Source: Hyphochytrium catenoides (taxonomy: Eukaryota > Protista > Hyphochytriomycota). Taken from it: a stretch of 64,000 nucleotides of DNA. Below, in pieces: positions 33,801 to 48,800 of the stretch. The stretch lies in assembly GCA_900088475.1 (NCBI GenBank), contig FLMG01002472.1, positions 1-64,000 of the forward strand, written 5' to 3'. The stretch's first letter is position 1, and each line of letters opens with the position of its first letter. Both the position numbers and the translations under genes were made by a program. The notes under the pieces were generated by a model. That model searched no databases. It saw only the letters and a program-made list of their open reading frames with translations, and was not told the DNA's origin.

Positions 33801-36800
33801 GCCGGTCCCCCCCATCGTCATATCCGAGTACCATCTGGTTATCTTATGCTCCTGATGGTCTTGTCTTTACCGTTGCGGAAATGTCATTTCGCTACGAGAA
33901 CGGCCCTATAGTCCATGAGAGTTACCCTCTAAAGGGCTCTGAACTGGGTGGAACGCTCGTTCGCTTCAGGGGAGAGAACTTTTGCGCTGGCCCTTACTCT
34001 TGTCTTTATACTGGTTCAGCTGGACCGGTAGCTACGACCGCCAAAGCTTTACAACCAGGACTGCTTGCGTGCAAGTCACCACCCTACAGACCTGGGAGAA
34101 CGTTACTCTCCTTAGTCTCTAAATCGTGTCCTTCCGAAAAGCTGACTTTCGAATATTGGTACCACGAAGCGGTGACACTGCGCCATTTAACACCAGCGAG
34201 CGGAAATTTGCGAGGTGGCTCTACTGTAAGAATTTACGGCAACAACTTTATCAACAGCTCCTCTATGACCTGCAAATTCGGCGCAAAGAGGTCCCCAGCA
34301 ACGTTTTTATCAGCCTCCCAGCTTAGCTGTAAATCTCCGAGCAATGAGGTCGGCGAGGTGCATGTGACGATTAGCGTCAACGGGTTTGACTACACAAGCG
34401 AGCACCTTCTTTTTACCTATGTCAGAGGACTTGAGGTGGTCCAAGTGGAGCCAGCCAGTGCACCCGTGAGTGGGAGCACCCGGATACTAGTTCAAGGTAC
34501 GGTGAGACGAGGTGTCCGAACACTTGTATATTTTATGAGTATTAATTAATGAAACAAGCCCCTGATTGACTTTCACGTGCAGCGAACTTCTTGCAGGAAA
34601 CCTACAACGTGACTTGCCGCTGGAGTCATCATGTGGATGCTGTAAGGGGAGTGCGTGAAGCTGAAGGCCTTATCTCCTGCCTCGCTCCTCCTTCTCCTCG
34701 AGCACAGATCGTAAGGCTCGAACTACACGCGGAGGACACATCACTGCCTACGTTTGGCATCCGCTTCCAGTACTTCGACCCACCTCTTGTGCAGAGGATT
34801 ATGCCTTCTTCTGGTAGTGAAATCGGGGGGCCTCCTCTAAGGATCTTCGGAGAAGGGTTTTTCTCATCCTCACTCATGCTCTGCCGTTTCGGAGAAGAAG
34901 AAAGGGACATAACATCTGCTCGCTGGATCTCGTCAACGGAGGTGCACTGTCAACCACCCGTCCGCCAACCGGGAGAGCTATCGCTATACCTTGCCATGAA
35001 TGGGGTTGACTTTCTTTCGACTGGTCTCACCTACACTGTGCTACAGAAGTTGGAAGTATTATCGTTGAAGCCCTCCAGAGGCCCCTTGTCGGGCGGCACA
35101 ATTGTCCATCTACAAGTCAACATAGTTGTAGCAGCAGGGTGCATCCCTACGTGCAAGTTTGGTGACGTTCCGGTTACAGGCCGATCGGTTCAAGGCCACG
35201 TGATATGCATTGTTCCCCCTTTTTCGGGGTCGTTGTCAGGCCAAGGACGCGAGGATGTTAGCGTTATTCAGGTGCCTGTTCGGCTCAGCCTGGACGGAGG
35301 ACCCTTCACCCCCAGCGGTCAGGGTTTTGAATACTACGAGCCCCTCTTGGTTTTCGACTACTCACCCAAATCAGGCTCGATACGGAAGGGCATCTGGGTA
35401 ACTCTCATAGGCTATGGGTTTCTACCTAGCCAATTACTTGCTTGCTCATATGGCGGTGTTCTGGTCCCTACACTTTATCTGAATCATTCAGCTGTGCAGT
35501 GCTATGTGCAAAGCAATTCCTCTACCTTGATGGATGTGGCCGTTAGCAACAACGGCCAAGATTTTGCGGTAGCCGGAGTCCTTGTAGAGAGGCAAATTCC
35601 AACAGTTGGATCGGTATCTCCGCAGTCTGGCTCCATTAGCGGTGGAGGGTACATTATAGTCAGAGGAAGCGGTTTCTTAGATTCTCGACAACTTAACTGC
35701 CGCTTCGGCTTTTTCTCCTCTCCCACCGTCCAGTTCGTTTCTGGGTCCGTACTCAAGTGCCAGGTCCCCGCTGTTGTCTCTGCTGGCCAAATGGTAGTAC
35801 AAGTCAGCAACAATGGGTTGGATTTCTCAGAATGGGGCCCGAAGTTTTATTTCTTTGAAGATCCTGTTATTGACAGAATAGCTCCTTCCTCTGGACCAGA
35901 CACTGGAGGAGTGCCGGTATCTGTTTATGGCAGGGGATTCTCTGTGTTTGGTGGACTCTACTGCTTGTTTGGGGATAAAATGGTCATAGCTACATTCCGC
36001 TCAGAGGAAGAAGTTATTTGCAGAAGCCCCTCAGCCATCGAAGCAGCTGGCGAAGGTAGACAATCTCCGTGGTCAGGGGTGAGTTCTAAGGCGATAACAG
36101 TTCGCGTCGTAAACCATATGGGAGAGGGTGGCAACAGCAGTCTCCTTTTCACCTACTTCCAGACTCCTAGAGTGCAAAGAGTTAGCCCCTCTTACGCCTT
36201 TGCTGGCCTTGAAGTCACTTTCGAGCTCCATCTTGACACTCAATACCTGCAACTGGAAGCCTGGGATTGTGTTTTCCTAGGAGAGAATGTTAATGTGGAT
36301 CAGACAGAGCGCGCCACACTCTTCGGTCGAAACGGAGTGTCCTATTGCCGTTATACGCCACGCAGCTTGGGATACTATCGTGTTGGTCTACTGCAAAAGG
36401 AAAGTGGGGCGCTCATCACCGGTAAGGCTAAAAATAAGATGTTTGTCAACTCCCTATTCTTATCCGGTGGGCCCACTGAGTTGATATTTGTGATGCAGGC
36501 CCATATGTGTCGGTGCTCCTGACACCCAAAATCCGCAGTGTGTTCCCAACTGCAATTCCTGTGTCTAGCACGGGAGAGCTTCATGTTAGCGTAGAGAATC
36601 TCGCGACCGATAATTGGTACTGCAATCTGGGCGTCGAGCGGTCGAGAGCCCGATGGCTTGCTCAGGATGTGATTGCATGCACATACAATAGTTCGCACTC
36701 TCCGGGACTCCTAAGTCTTCAGCTTTCCAACGATCTCTATACCGTCGAACACGAAGGTGGGATAGAAGCCTATCCAGAAGAGGTTATCAGTAGCATTCGC

Positions 36801-39800
36801 CCTCCATCGTGCATCAACAGCGGGAGTTGCAGGGTTACGGTTTCGGGCCATAACTTCAGAAACTCGACGTATCTAAGCTGCTCCTTTAATGGAAAGCCGG
36901 TTCAAGCAAAGTTCCTGTCCACGAGCAAGCTGGAGTGCGTTGCCCCTTACATTGAGGCTGACAGCGAGGGTAAGTTCCCCAATTTAGTAAGATTCCCGCG
37001 ACACTGACCTGGGCTTATGCAGGTGCAGTTTCCCTGTTGCTGCGCGTAAGTAACAATGGGGTTGTCTACAGTCAGAGGTCCGTACCATTGGCTCTATATG
37101 GCCAACCGGACGTCACTTCAATCGTTCCGACGAGTGGATTGAATAGCGGTGGGACACGAGTTCAATTGACTGGACACGCCTTCCCGTCAAGTGCAGTCTG
37201 CCTATTCGGGAGGACAGTGGTTGAAGCCACTGTCTTCTCCAGTACCCGGGCCACTTGCATTGCCCCCAAAATGACAGGCAATACTTCAGTTCACCTATTG
37301 CTTACATCTGAAGACTTAGGCTTTGCTGGCTCTGGGCCACTTTTCTCGTATATCGCCAGACCATTAATCTCTAGGTTGAGCCCCCCGATCGTTGATGAAG
37401 ATGGCGGGAAAACTGTGACCGTCACGGGGTCCTACCTAGACCACGGCGTTAGTGGATGTCAGTTTGGCAACCTCAAAGTCACCCCCGTGCAAATCTCCGC
37501 TATAGAGGTCAAATGTCGAAGTCCGCCTCTGCCTGTCGGCAAAGTCCGCTTCAGGCTTGTACTCCATGACGCTCATGTTATAGAGGGTGATGATTTAATT
37601 CTGAGTGTGACTCCTGCGGCACAACTGGCCTTTTCGAGACCCAATAGTTCGCCTGTGACAGGAGGAACATATGTGAACATCTTCGGCTCTAACTTTTTTA
37701 GCTCTGAGCAGGTTCTCTGCAGGTTTGGATCCTACTTAGTGGCTGCAAAGGTAATCAACGAGAAGCAAATAACGTGCAAAAGTCCCCCGGCAGAGCATGA
37801 GGGTCAAGTGAACCTGACCGTCGCTTTAGATGGAGTGGACTTCCTACCTTCAAACCTTGTATTTTCTTTCACATCTGCAATCGTTGCTACAGGAATTTAT
37901 CCATCTCAAGGTTCCCTCCGGGGCGACGCTTCGCTGTATGTGAAGGGTGAAAACTTTCCTGCACGAGCCCTTTACGAAGGAAGATTCACGTTGCTAAATG
38001 AGGTAGTCAGGATAGTCCGCTGCACATTTCTCACCTCCACTGAGGTCAGATGCGACATTCCGTCAGGGCTGCACGAGGGTGTGGCTGTCTTCCAGCTCTG
38101 GGTCGACGGTCAGAGGAAGGGTGACTTTAACTACCAGCTGTACAAGGAGCCCAGGGTATTTGAAGTCTCACCCAAGGAGATCATGGAAGGAGGGCAGCAT
38201 TGGATCACTGTTGTGGGTGAAAATTTCATTAAAACGCAGAGCTTAGCTTGCAGACTGGGTGACCTTATGGCAGAACGCGTAGAACGGGACGACTCTACAA
38301 GGGCCAGATGCCTCTTCTCGCTGAAAAAGAGCGGAGTGCTCCCTTTGAGTCTCTCGCTCAACGGCTACGACTTTTTATCTTCTGAGGAATCAAGGGAATC
38401 AACGGTTCGCGTGATAACGACCCCCACCATTACCCATATTCACCCTTCAAGGGGCCCGCCCTCGGGTGGTACCATCATCACGATATATGGCAACAGTCTC
38501 TCTCAGGCCGCGAAGGTATATTGCTTTTTTGGATCGTCACTTTCTCTAGCCGTAGTTGTTTCTCATTCGGAGGCCAACTGCCGGTTGCCCATGCGCAGCG
38601 ACGGTACACCCTCTACTCTGCCGGTTGGCTTGGCGATAGAAGACCGAAAGCTCTATGCAGACCACAACTTCAGCTACGTACCATTGCCAGAAATAGAGTC
38701 TATTGAACCATCCGTCGTTACTGTGGGTTCGAGTTCCAAGATAGAATTGAGCGGGAAGAACTTCTTGACGGATCCGAGTTGCGATATGGTATGCCGATTT
38801 GGCTCAACGGTTGTGGAAGCCACTTGCGACGGGCCGACAAAGCTGCTATGTAAGACCCCCGAGTTCACCGAAGAGGGGGCAGTAGCGCTTGACGTCTCCT
38901 ATAATTGGAGAGACTGGAGCGTCTCTCGTTTGCTCCTCAGGGTTCTGAATCCACCCTCGATCGTCGATGTGGCTCCTCTCTTCCTAGACGACGTCGGGGG
39001 CACACCAGTCACAATAGTTGGTACTGACTTTGTACCAGGCAAGGTTTTCAGGTGTAAATTTGGAGACACTCTAACCACGGTTGCAAGGTGGGTGGATAAA
39101 GGGACAATAGTCTGCAAAGCTCCACCTCACAGAGCTGGAGTGGTTTTGCTGTCTGTATCAAATGACGGCATATCCTTTTCAACGTCGTCCCGGTTAGTGG
39201 AGTACCAGACTTCACTTTCAGTATTTAGGTGGAGTTTCCGAGGACCTGAGGACTCAACCATTGCTCTCTATGGAGGTATCTTTAGGAAGAGAGATCCTCT
39301 TTCTTGCGCATTCCTGGACACCGAACGAGATGGCTCTATGTGGTTTAGTCCTGCTCTTGTTGTCAACACTAGCCTTGTCCATTGTGATACCCTTGGCCTC
39401 CCGCCCGGGAAATACCATCTAGAGCTCACCTTAGATGGTAAGCACTTCACTGGCAACCGCGTCCTTTTTTATGCAGGCAGTCCACCCACGCTTGAATCCA
39501 TCTTCCCACGTTGGGGAAGGTCCACGGGTGGCACCGCCGTAACAATTACAGGCCGTGGCTTCAGGGAGTCATCTGAGCTACGATGTCAGTTTGATGGCAA
39601 AGTGCATACCCATGCAGTTTATGTTGACGAGACGCGCATACATTGTCACACTCCGGCCTATGATGTACCTCATACCAGTCAGATTCTTTTGGTCCGACTA
39701 GAAGTCTCCAATTGGGGCAATGTCTACAGCGTTGACGAGAAGACCTTTGGCTTTTACCCAGAACTTACGATAGTCGATTTGGATCCGAAAGCAATAGGGG

Positions 39801-42800
39801 AGAATGGGGGCACCATTTTCCTATATGGATCAAATTTTCTGCCGTCGGACTACTTGGGTTGCAAAATTGACGAACAGGAAATGAAAGCCACGTTCATCTC
39901 ATCTACTCTAATATCCTGTCCGGCACCGTCCCTGGAGCCACGTCAATCAAAGGTGTACGCTACCAACAACGGGGCAGATTACGTGGAGAGTCCATACCAT
40001 CTGGCATACGTTCCCAACAGCGTTTCCTTCGGAATTTTTCCTTGCAGTGGGCCTCTAGAGGGAGGAACAGAGGTGACAGTGACGGGTCAAAATTTCTTAC
40101 AAGCAGCCCCGGTGGGGTACCATAGCAAAGTCTTTTGTAGCTTTGGCAAACTCGAGGTGGCAGCTAGCCATGTGTCAGACACTGCCATCAATTGTTTCAG
40201 CCCATCCTCTCAAATCATTGGTCCGTTACCTTTTTCGGTGATTATGAGATCAACAAGATCAAAGCGGAGAATTGAATTCTTGGCGCAGAACTTGAGCTTT
40301 GCCTACTACCGTCAGCCTTCCCTAAGGGCTGTGGCACCGTCTTCAGGTTAGCATGATGGAAACCTTAGCTAGCTCTAACTCTCGTTGCTCTTCTCAGTCT
40401 CACTATCGTTTGATGTAGGCAGCTGCTCCGGCGGGTCTCTTATTACACTTCTTGGAGATGATTTCAACCCTGAAGTCACCTATTCCGTCCGATTCGCCCT
40501 CAATAATGAACAAGTGACGGTGAATGCTACTTACATTTCCAAGGATATATTACAAGTCGTTACCCCTCCAGGCCTGCCAAACATGGCCGGAAGGCTAGTG
40601 GACGTCACGATCAGCGCTAATATGGTAGACTTTGGTCGTGATTCTGCGCTATTCTATTATAATCTTGATAGCCAGATTCATGCTTTATACCCAAATGAAG
40701 TGGATGAGACTGGTGGAGGATTACTCTTGGTCATTGGGAGCAACTTTCGAGAGGTAAGCATGTCGTTTTCTCCTACAAAACCTGCAGCATGCTAACGTCC
40801 ATACTTGCCAGTCTTTTCCAAACCTCCTTTCATGTAGGTTTGATGGCCTAACGGTAAAAGAGGCAACATTCCTGAACTCGACGCATCTTTTATGCCCCTA
40901 TCCAGCCCATCACCCTGGAAGAGTGATGGTGGAGGTGACGACCAATGGGGTCGACTATTTGGATCAGTCCATAGAGCTCTTGTACGTTGTTGCCCCTACT
41001 ATTTTAGACGTACAACCTAGCCTGGGCCCTGCGAATGGAGGCTCAAGAGTCACTATTATCGGAGACAACTTTCGCAGCGCTTCCCACCACTGCTGCTTTG
41101 GTGCCCATAAAGTGCCTTTGGAGTTTATCAATGGAAGCCGTATTGTTTGCACATCTCCGCTCCTGGAGGTTAATGGAGACGGTCACGCAGTGCCATTGAC
41201 AGTGACTTCGAGTCAATGCAAGCTAGATAGTTTGATGGACATGAGACTTGCTCTAACTTCGGAGAGCATTTACCGGCCATCATTCTACTTCCATAGTCCG
41301 CTTGCTTTAGTTAGCATATCTCCTTCACGCGGCCCCTTGGCAGGGGGGACGGAAGTCTTGGTTACACTGGATCCTATGCTTGAAATGGGTGGAGTCTACT
41401 GCAAATTTGGTGACCTCGTCGTCCAGGGGTCCACTTTAGGCCCTACTCTAGTACAATGCACTTCTCCCGCACAACCCAACCTGGGCCTCAGAAATGGAGT
41501 GGTCCAAGTGTCATTGAGCTTCAATGGTCAGGACTTCTCCATCTCGACTCTGGGCTACACGTATTACAATTCACCAGAAGCAGTCAGAGTGAATCCTCGG
41601 TTTGGGACAACTGACAAGGAAACCACGGTTTTAATTATTGGTTCAGGCTTTACTTCGGCATTCCCTTCTGCTTGTCGCTTTGGGTTTTCCGAAGCTACCG
41701 CAGCTGAAGTGCTCTCTTCCACGGAGCTGAGGTGCACTACACCTCCACATCCGGTAGCTGAACTTGTTACTATATTCTACTCTTTGAATATGGTAGACTT
41801 CTTTGACCTAGGTGTAACCTTCGAGTACACTTTCAGACCAATAACATACCAGATCCGGCCGACGTTTGGCTCTCTAAGCGGTAATACCCTGTTGACCGTG
41901 GTTGGTAGCAACTTTGCCGAGGCTGCCGAGTTGTGGTGCATTATTGGAGGGATGCCTGTTCCTGCAACTCCCATATCGACTGAGGAGGTTACTTGTCGAA
42001 CCCCATCATGGGACAAGTTAGAACTGGAAAAACTGGAGGTGTCCCCTCCTTTGGAAGCAGCAGTATACGTTATGGAAAGCCCCACACCAGGTTTCTTGGA
42101 GAATTATTCCGGAAAACGAAACCTACCCGATAGCTATGTCTTGTTTCAATATGTGGCCGAATTAGAGATTGTCTCAATCTTTCCCCGCTCCGGCTATACT
42201 CGTGGTGGTACTAGAGTTGACATCCGAGTTCAAAACCTGCAGAACTCCTCAGCAACGGGATGCCGTTTTGGAGGAATTAGGGTGCCAGCTACCCTCATCA
42301 GTTCTGGAGAACTGTCGTGTCTAGCTCCCGCCGTAAACCAAACGGGCGTCGTACCTCTGGAAGTAACCACGAACGGGGTGGACTTCTCTACCGCAGTTCA
42401 GTTTGATTATCGCCTGGAGCCCAATATTTACAAAACCACGCCCGGTAGAGGAGGATGGAAAGGTGGTTCTCAAGTGACAATAACTGGGTCCAATTTCTAT
42501 CCAGACAGCAAAATCACTTGCATGTTCGGAAGTCAGGTTGTTAGAGGGTCATACGTTGACAATGAGAATGTATTGTGCCTGACACCACCAGGGGAGGCAA
42601 GGAATGAAATCCAAAGAATATCTCTATTTGCATCGCCCGCCTGGGATCCGGAAGTGCAGAGAGTGACGGTTAAGGGGGCGAGTCATGCCGAGGAGGTCCA
42701 GGTGATATCTACCTCCGCGTGGGGAGATGTGCAAGAGGTGCAAGAGCTGAGCATAGCACTGCCAATCAATAATCCGGAGATTCAAGTCATAAGTACAAGA

Positions 42801-45800
42801 CTGACTCATCGACTTGAAGTACAAGAGGTAAGCTTGGATGGAACCGCTTTTGTAGCTGAGGAGCAACGGCTTTCAATCGTTTGGGAGAAAGGAGCCGACG
42901 TCAGTGGCATTGTAAAATTGACCTACAATGACCAAAAAACCGATGGGCTTCTGTGGGACGCACTGTCTTCTGAGCTGATCGAGGAGGCGCTGTCAAAGCT
43001 GAGGGGCATGAACAGGCCAAAAGTCAGAGTTGAAGACACACCGATGTCTAAAGACCTGATCGTAACGTTTACGGGTACCATGGGTGATCTGAATGATCTT
43101 CAGCTTGATATCTCGCAGTTGAGCGGCAGAGGTCTTCAATGGCAGAGCATTGAAGTCGTTAAGGGAATACCAGCAGCGATACAGTCAGTTATCCTCCAGA
43201 CAACTAACGCCACATCCGTGACAGGCTCCTTTTGGTTGGGCTTTCAGGATGCGAAGAGCGACCCTATCCACCCGCGCTCATCTGCCCTCGAATTTGCCGC
43301 CGCCCTCCGCCCACTTTTCTCCGTCGTAGGGCAGCTAAATGTTTCCGGTCCGGTGAGGAACACGTATGGCGGCTGGACTTGGGAGGTGTCTTTCGTCCAG
43401 AGAGGAGGTCCTCTTAACCTTTTGAGGCCTAATTCGTCTCTCTTGTCAGGTGGGGGCTATGACGGTGTATCGATAGAGGTCAGAGAAAAAGTAGCTGGGA
43501 CTAGCGCTCAAGTAAGTGGCTCCTTTGCTATTGTCGCGCACAATGGCAAGCGCAGTGGCCAAATCTCCGTTAAGGCCAATCCTGCTGACCTTGAGAGCGC
43601 TCTTGGCGCACTGGAGCTGGGTCCCATCAAGGTGACGGAAGGACCACAGGGCTGGAATGGCGGCAAAGCGTGGCGATTAACCTTTCAGGCACCAGGGAGT
43701 GTACCGGCACTGACAGTTGATACTTCAAATGTTATGGGAACAGTTCCACAGTGGAATGTGCTCAGGCAAAGTAAGGGAACGGACCCTGTTGTGCATGAAG
43801 TCACATTTAGTTGTCCGAACAGTGCGACCATCTCGGGCCCCATATACTTTGTATATAATGGGGAGGAGACAGCAACGGTTTCATTAGCTACATTATCAGA
43901 GATGCAGCTAACTACACTTTTAGCTGCCTTGCCATCAATTGGTTCAGGTGGTGTGAGTGTTTCAGCTGAGCTGTCATCGTTACATAGCCAAAGTTATGAA
44001 GTTACGCTAAAACAACCCCCATTTCTGGATCCCAAGACTATACCCGAACTCATGGTGGGCAATCCTGCAGCTGTGACTTGTGGAGGAATCGTGGGCGTCG
44101 CACAGTCAGTTGTGAAGCTAATTGGCAACCCCTTGCAGCCTCTGACTGGTGAAGTTCAAATATCCTTTGGATCTGAGAGAGTCAATGTCCCTTACGACTC
44201 TTCCTCAACCGAAATGGCCTCAATTCTCTCCGTAATTCCCGCTGTCGGTAAGGTTAGAGTGTCACGGACGGCCGTTGACGTTAACCTTAAGACTTTCGCA
44301 TGGTCTGTTACATTCATTGAAAGAGCTGGAGCTCTTCCCCTCTTCGCAGTAGACGACTCGCTTTTGCAGACAAATGGTGTGGCGGCAGTTACCGCTGACC
44401 GAGTTACTAGCAGCGGTGATCGTTGCTGCCTGACGGGGACCTTTACTCTTTCCTATGGTGGCCATACAAGACTCCTTCCTGGTACAGCAGCTGCGACAAC
44501 CGGAGCGACGGCGGTAGTTACGTCGGAGGATTTGAGGTCCTTCATTGCCGCCGGCGATGATGTATCCATTGGCGGTACTGTGTACTCCGTCGACACGAGT
44601 GGGCTTTTTTCCGCGACTTCTCTGCCCCTTAACATGACCTACGTGGGTCCTACGCGGACTGGGATTGAAATTTATACTCAGTTTAGAACCGCGGCATTAA
44701 ATGTTGGGTCGTCGGCTAGCCAGATTTCAGCGGCGCTGGACGGCCTTCCGCAACTTGGGGATCAGATCAACGTCTCGCAAATAAGCGCATCTCCGAACGG
44801 TTTGATGGCGTGGAGAGTAACGTTCCGAAGCCCAGGACCTCGATCTCTCATTCGAATGAACGCTGAGCAGGTGAGCATTACGGATGGCACTGCTCTGGCA
44901 GCTATCGGAGGTGTCAGGAGGATACAGTCTGGAAGCTTAGGGCCAGTTCAACGTGTCTTCCTTACGGCACCAAGCCTCATTATGTCCGGTAGCTTCCGCT
45001 TATCTTACAAAACATGGCTCTCGCCGTTTCTACCTTTTGATGCTCCATCCTCACTCGTCAAAGAAACATTGGAAGACTCAGGACTCTTTGCATCAGTAAC
45101 GGTCATAAGGACTAGGGCGGATGAGCACCCTGACATACCTGGCATAGGGTATGTATGGACAGTAACTTTTCATTCTATCGCTACTAATCTCAACCCCATT
45201 GAAGTGATTCCTAACGTGGAGACGCAGTTTCATGGCACCGCAGCGTATGGGCAAGGGTTGCCTTTCACTGCGGCAACTGGGAGTACTCTCTCAGGTTTAT
45301 TCTGGCTGGTCTACGACGGTCTCGTAACGCTGCCACTCTCGTATGACGCTTCGGCCGAGGATGTTGAAAATGCCCTTAATCAGATTCGAAGCGTACCGCG
45401 CGTGACTGTCAGTCGCGAGGGACCTGATCTAAATCAGGGCTATACCTGGACTGTAACCTTCAAGGACAGGCCTCTACCATTGAAGGAAGTCTCTACCACC
45501 TTTGTGGAACGACGACAACTTGTGGCTCATCATGACCTTTCAGGCACATCGCCCGCAATATCCGTCAGGAAGGTTGTAGCTGGTTCAAGGCCCTCAGGTT
45601 ACTTTCGCCTGGCATTCGCGGGTGCTCTGACTCGAGCCATCCCTTATAATGCCACGGCAGAAACGGTAAAGTTAGCACTCGAGGAGATTCCCTCATTGGC
45701 TCTACACCGGGTAACAGCAGAAGACAGGACTGAATTAGCATACTCTTGGCTTGTAACGTTTGCGAACGCGGATGATATCGGCCTTTTATCTGTGGGGGAA

Positions 45801-48800
45801 AGTCATCTGGGCGCAACGAGCTCAGAAGTGATGGTTGAGCAGGTCAGTGATGGGACTGTTGCGTTGGGCGGAAAGTTCTCAATAGAATATGAAGGCTATG
45901 CGACAACCCTCCTTCCGGTCAATAGTGGTCCTGGTGCCGTGGAAGAAGCCTTCACTTCATTAGCCTCAGTTGGTAAGGTCAAAGTCACGCTTTCTCAGCA
46001 GTCCGACAAGAGAGTCGCTTGGGACATTGAGTTTTTGACCCTGGGCAATCCCGAGAACCTTGGTCTCCTGCCACTTGTAACACTACATACACACTTGGTG
46101 TACGGTACTGAGGTTCAAGGTGAGGTAAGAAGAATACAGGACCCCTGCTGCACTTTACGTGTCTCTACCAATGGAGTAGACTACAGTAGCGACCAATCGT
46201 TCTTTCAGTATGAGGAAGGACCAATGGCACTGGAGGTTTTACCTTCATATGGTTCGACTCAGGGTGGTACTCTTGTCAAGGTTAGGGGGAGAAACCTTGC
46301 TGATCATGGCATCCACTATTGCCTTTTCGGAGATGCGCCAGAGGTGCTTGCAGAGTGGCTGGATAGCACTTTCTTAGCTTGCACCACCCCCTCGCATGCT
46401 GAAGGGCTGGTGGAAGTCAAACTCAGTCGGTGGCCCTCCCTCGATGGCGCGAGTCCTATCATCGGAAATTCCATTGCTTCTTATCGCTTTCTGCCAGATA
46501 TTGAAATCCTCGACATATTCCCCAAAAAAGGGAAGCCATCGGGGGGCACCAGGCTTACTATCTCTGGAATAGGCTTTCTCGAAGATCCTCTCCTTGCCTG
46601 CAGATTCCGCTCAACTCCAGATGTATCGATCCAGAAAGCTAAGGAGGTTAAAGTATCTGCACAGTTCATAAACACCACCCACATTACCTGTGACACACCA
46701 GGCATTGGATCCTTTTTCAGCAACACCAATGAGTCCTGGGAAGGTCGTGTGTCAGGCTTAAGCCATGTCGAGGTGACCGCGAACGGCATCGACTATTCTA
46801 TCAACAGTGCCACTTTCTGGTATATTCCTCTGCTGGCTATAGATGCCATCTATCCGATACGAGGTCCATTATCTGGTTCTACACCTGTGGTGGTGACGGG
46901 TGCCAGATTTAGCAGCCCTACTTACTGCCACTTTGGTGAAGCATCACCATACGAAGCTGAGTACGTTTCGGATAGGTCCGTCATCTGCTCCAGCCCCTCT
47001 CACGAGGTCCAAAGCTCTATACAGCAAGTATCAGCCACCTGGGATACTCTCGTCTCCGAGATCCAAAAGATTTCTCTGAAGAGTACGACGCCGATTGCCA
47101 CGCTACCTGGTTACTTCACTCTCTCACTAGGTACCTATATCTCCGATCCTCTACTCCCAACTTCGCCAGCCACGGGTGCAGGGTCCTTGGGAGAAACCTT
47201 GCAAAAATTGCCCCAGGGATTCGGCGTTACAGTAGACAGGATTATATCTACCGATGGACTAGAAGTTCAGTGGACAGTCACCTTTCCCGATGCCTACGGG
47301 GATGTTCCTCCAATTAGGGCAGATCCATCACACTTGGACGGAAAGGCCGTTCAGATGTGGGTGGAGACCTTAAGGGAGGGTGATATGGGGAGCATCAAGT
47401 CAGAAGTGCAGGTGATTAGTACCGTGCAGCCGTACCAATCCAACCAAGTGGACATAATAGTCCAAAACAACCTTGTCCCAACTCTAGAGGTTGGGAGACT
47501 GACTCTGGCAGCAGATGACAGGGTCTCCGGAGAGTTTTTTCTTCTGTACAATGGAGCTGTTTCTCCAGCATTACCCTGGAATGTGTCTGCCGCCGCCCTC
47601 TCTTCGACCATTTATACCCTGACGGGCCTGGAGGTTGTGGTTTCAAGGCTGAGCCACGCCTCCCGTGGCTTCATATGGAATGTGACGGTTCAGCGTTTTG
47701 CTTCCATTCTATCAGAACTAAGCGTCAGCTCTCACAACCTGGTTTGTACCACGGGGTGCGCGATTACGCTTCGCTTGACATTGATACAAGGCCTCGTGCC
47801 GGAGGTGGACGGTTACTTCACAGTCAGCCATGGTGGTAGACACACCCAGGATATTCCATATGATGTTTCTTCCCTAGACCTTCAGAAAGAGTTGCAGGCA
47901 ATATTACCTGTAGAAGTGGTAGTCAGCTCGGCGTTGCCTGGTAATTCTTCCAGAATCTGGAGAATTACTTACATCGCCCCAGGAACCTACGACATCGATG
48001 TCATGTGGGTCAACCGAACGCAAGCTGCAGCAACAATTGAGCGATATGTGGTTAAGGACGGATCTACTCAAGCCGAGGGCGAATTCCGAATTGGCTTAGG
48101 AACTCTTTGGTCTTCATGGCTGCCCTTTGACGCCTCTGCGGAGAGAGTCAGACAGGCGTTACACTTGGATCTCGGGGCATCTGGCCTTACTTCGAATATC
48201 GTCGTTGAAAGATTGACACTTTCAGCTGGAGCTGATATCGTGGATTATGAGTGGACCATTCTGTTTGATCCCCAAGGAGGTGACGTACCCTCTTTGGTAC
48301 TTGACAAATCACGACTAAACGGCGAGTCTGTGGATATGACAGTGACCACCGTAGTCAATGGGAACTTCGTTCCCCGATCAGGATCTTTTGCTCTTTCGTT
48401 CGAGGGGATGACAACATCAACACTGCCATACAATGCAGATAGTCGTACTCTTAGCCTAGCATTGGGAAGCCTTGCCACCATTTCTGATTTGTCCGTGGCG
48501 CAGGAAATTACACCTAGTGGCATCACATGGCAAGTTACCTTCAGAAGCAGCAATCGGCAGCGGCCGTTAGGCCGACTGCCAATGCTGCAAGCGAACGCTG
48601 TGGATTTGCAGGGAAACGGGGCTACTCTCGATGTGTACGAAGTTTTGCCTGGCTATGGTCCAAGCGTCGCTGTCGGCGTTTCGGCGAATAAGAAAGACAT
48701 CGTCTTTTCAAGCGTAAACTTCGAATATCATGAAGCTTTGGATGTCCAGTCATTTTCTCCAACAGTGGGAGGGGAACGGGGAGGTACGGAGGTTATAGCT